From an uncultured bacterium (GTDB lineage: Bacteria; CSSED10-310; CAZUFC01), in NCBI GenBank assembly GCA_964619725.1, contig CAZUFC010000144.1, forward strand, positions 1-19,103: a DNA stretch of 19,103 nucleotides. The letters run 5' to 3'. The notes beneath the pieces are model-generated. The model was given only the letters and a program-made list of their open reading frames with translations, had not been told where the DNA came from and did not search any database. The number at the start of each line of letters is the position of its first letter. Position 1 is the first letter of the stretch. The translations under genes were made by a program, and so were the position numbers. This document shows, in pieces, positions 18,841 through 19,103 of this stretch.

Positions 18841-19063
18841 AATTGTGAAATGTTTGACGAAAAAAACTTTAGACGTTCGAAAAAACTCTTGTAAAACAAA
18901 GTCCCCCCGCCTGCGGGTCCGTTGATTTAATTGAAAATGAAAGCGCTTAAAAATCATTAGGCATCATCTCTCATAATCTTTTCTTATTTCCGCGGTTCGC
19001 ATCGAATTTCGATTAAATCAACGCTCTTCTATCGGATATAGGGGGGCAAAAAACTTCACAATT
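18841..19063. repeat. Long nested imperfect inverted repeat
   Basis: AATTGTGAA (18841-18849)/TTCACAATT (19055-19063); CCCCCC (18903-18908)/GGGGGG (19041-19046); CGTTGATTTAATTGAAA (18920-18936)/TTTCGATTAAATCAACG (19007-19023, 16/17 complementary). Confidence 0.55.
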
Positions 19064-19103
19064 ATTATGCCGATTTGCAATGCAAGAAAATCACACTTTT
19101 TCA

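Overview
A 19.1-kb bacterial accessory region. Five co-oriented minus-strand genes span 15280 to 516. The first two encode very large, paralogous, exported proteins built from LamG-like jellyroll and lamin-tail (LTD) modules. Each is broken by a single lesion near its 3' end: an in-frame TGA at a Gly position in one and a 1-nt frameshift in the other. The larger protein also carries seven tandem 45-48-aa Cys/Asp-rich repeats. Downstream lie a cytoplasmic TPR-CHAT caspase-like protease with both catalytic motifs intact, an ECF sigma factor, and an overlapping soluble protein with an HxxxCxxC zinc-binding anti-sigma motif. This trio is the best candidate for an uncharacterised system: a CRISPR-independent protease/anti-sigma/sigma relay with the same functional parts as the type III-E Csx29/Csx30/CASP-sigma module. 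On the plus strand are a secreted protein with a Pro/Thr linker and a class I SAM methyltransferase that sits directly behind a degenerate integron attC-like site. The intergenic DNA contains a repeated 19-bp palindrome, a dispersed REP/MITE-like hairpin element and a ~225-bp nested inverted repeat. I saw no rRNA, tRNA, CRISPR array, integrase or transposase. All calls come from motif reading by eye; no database searches were run.
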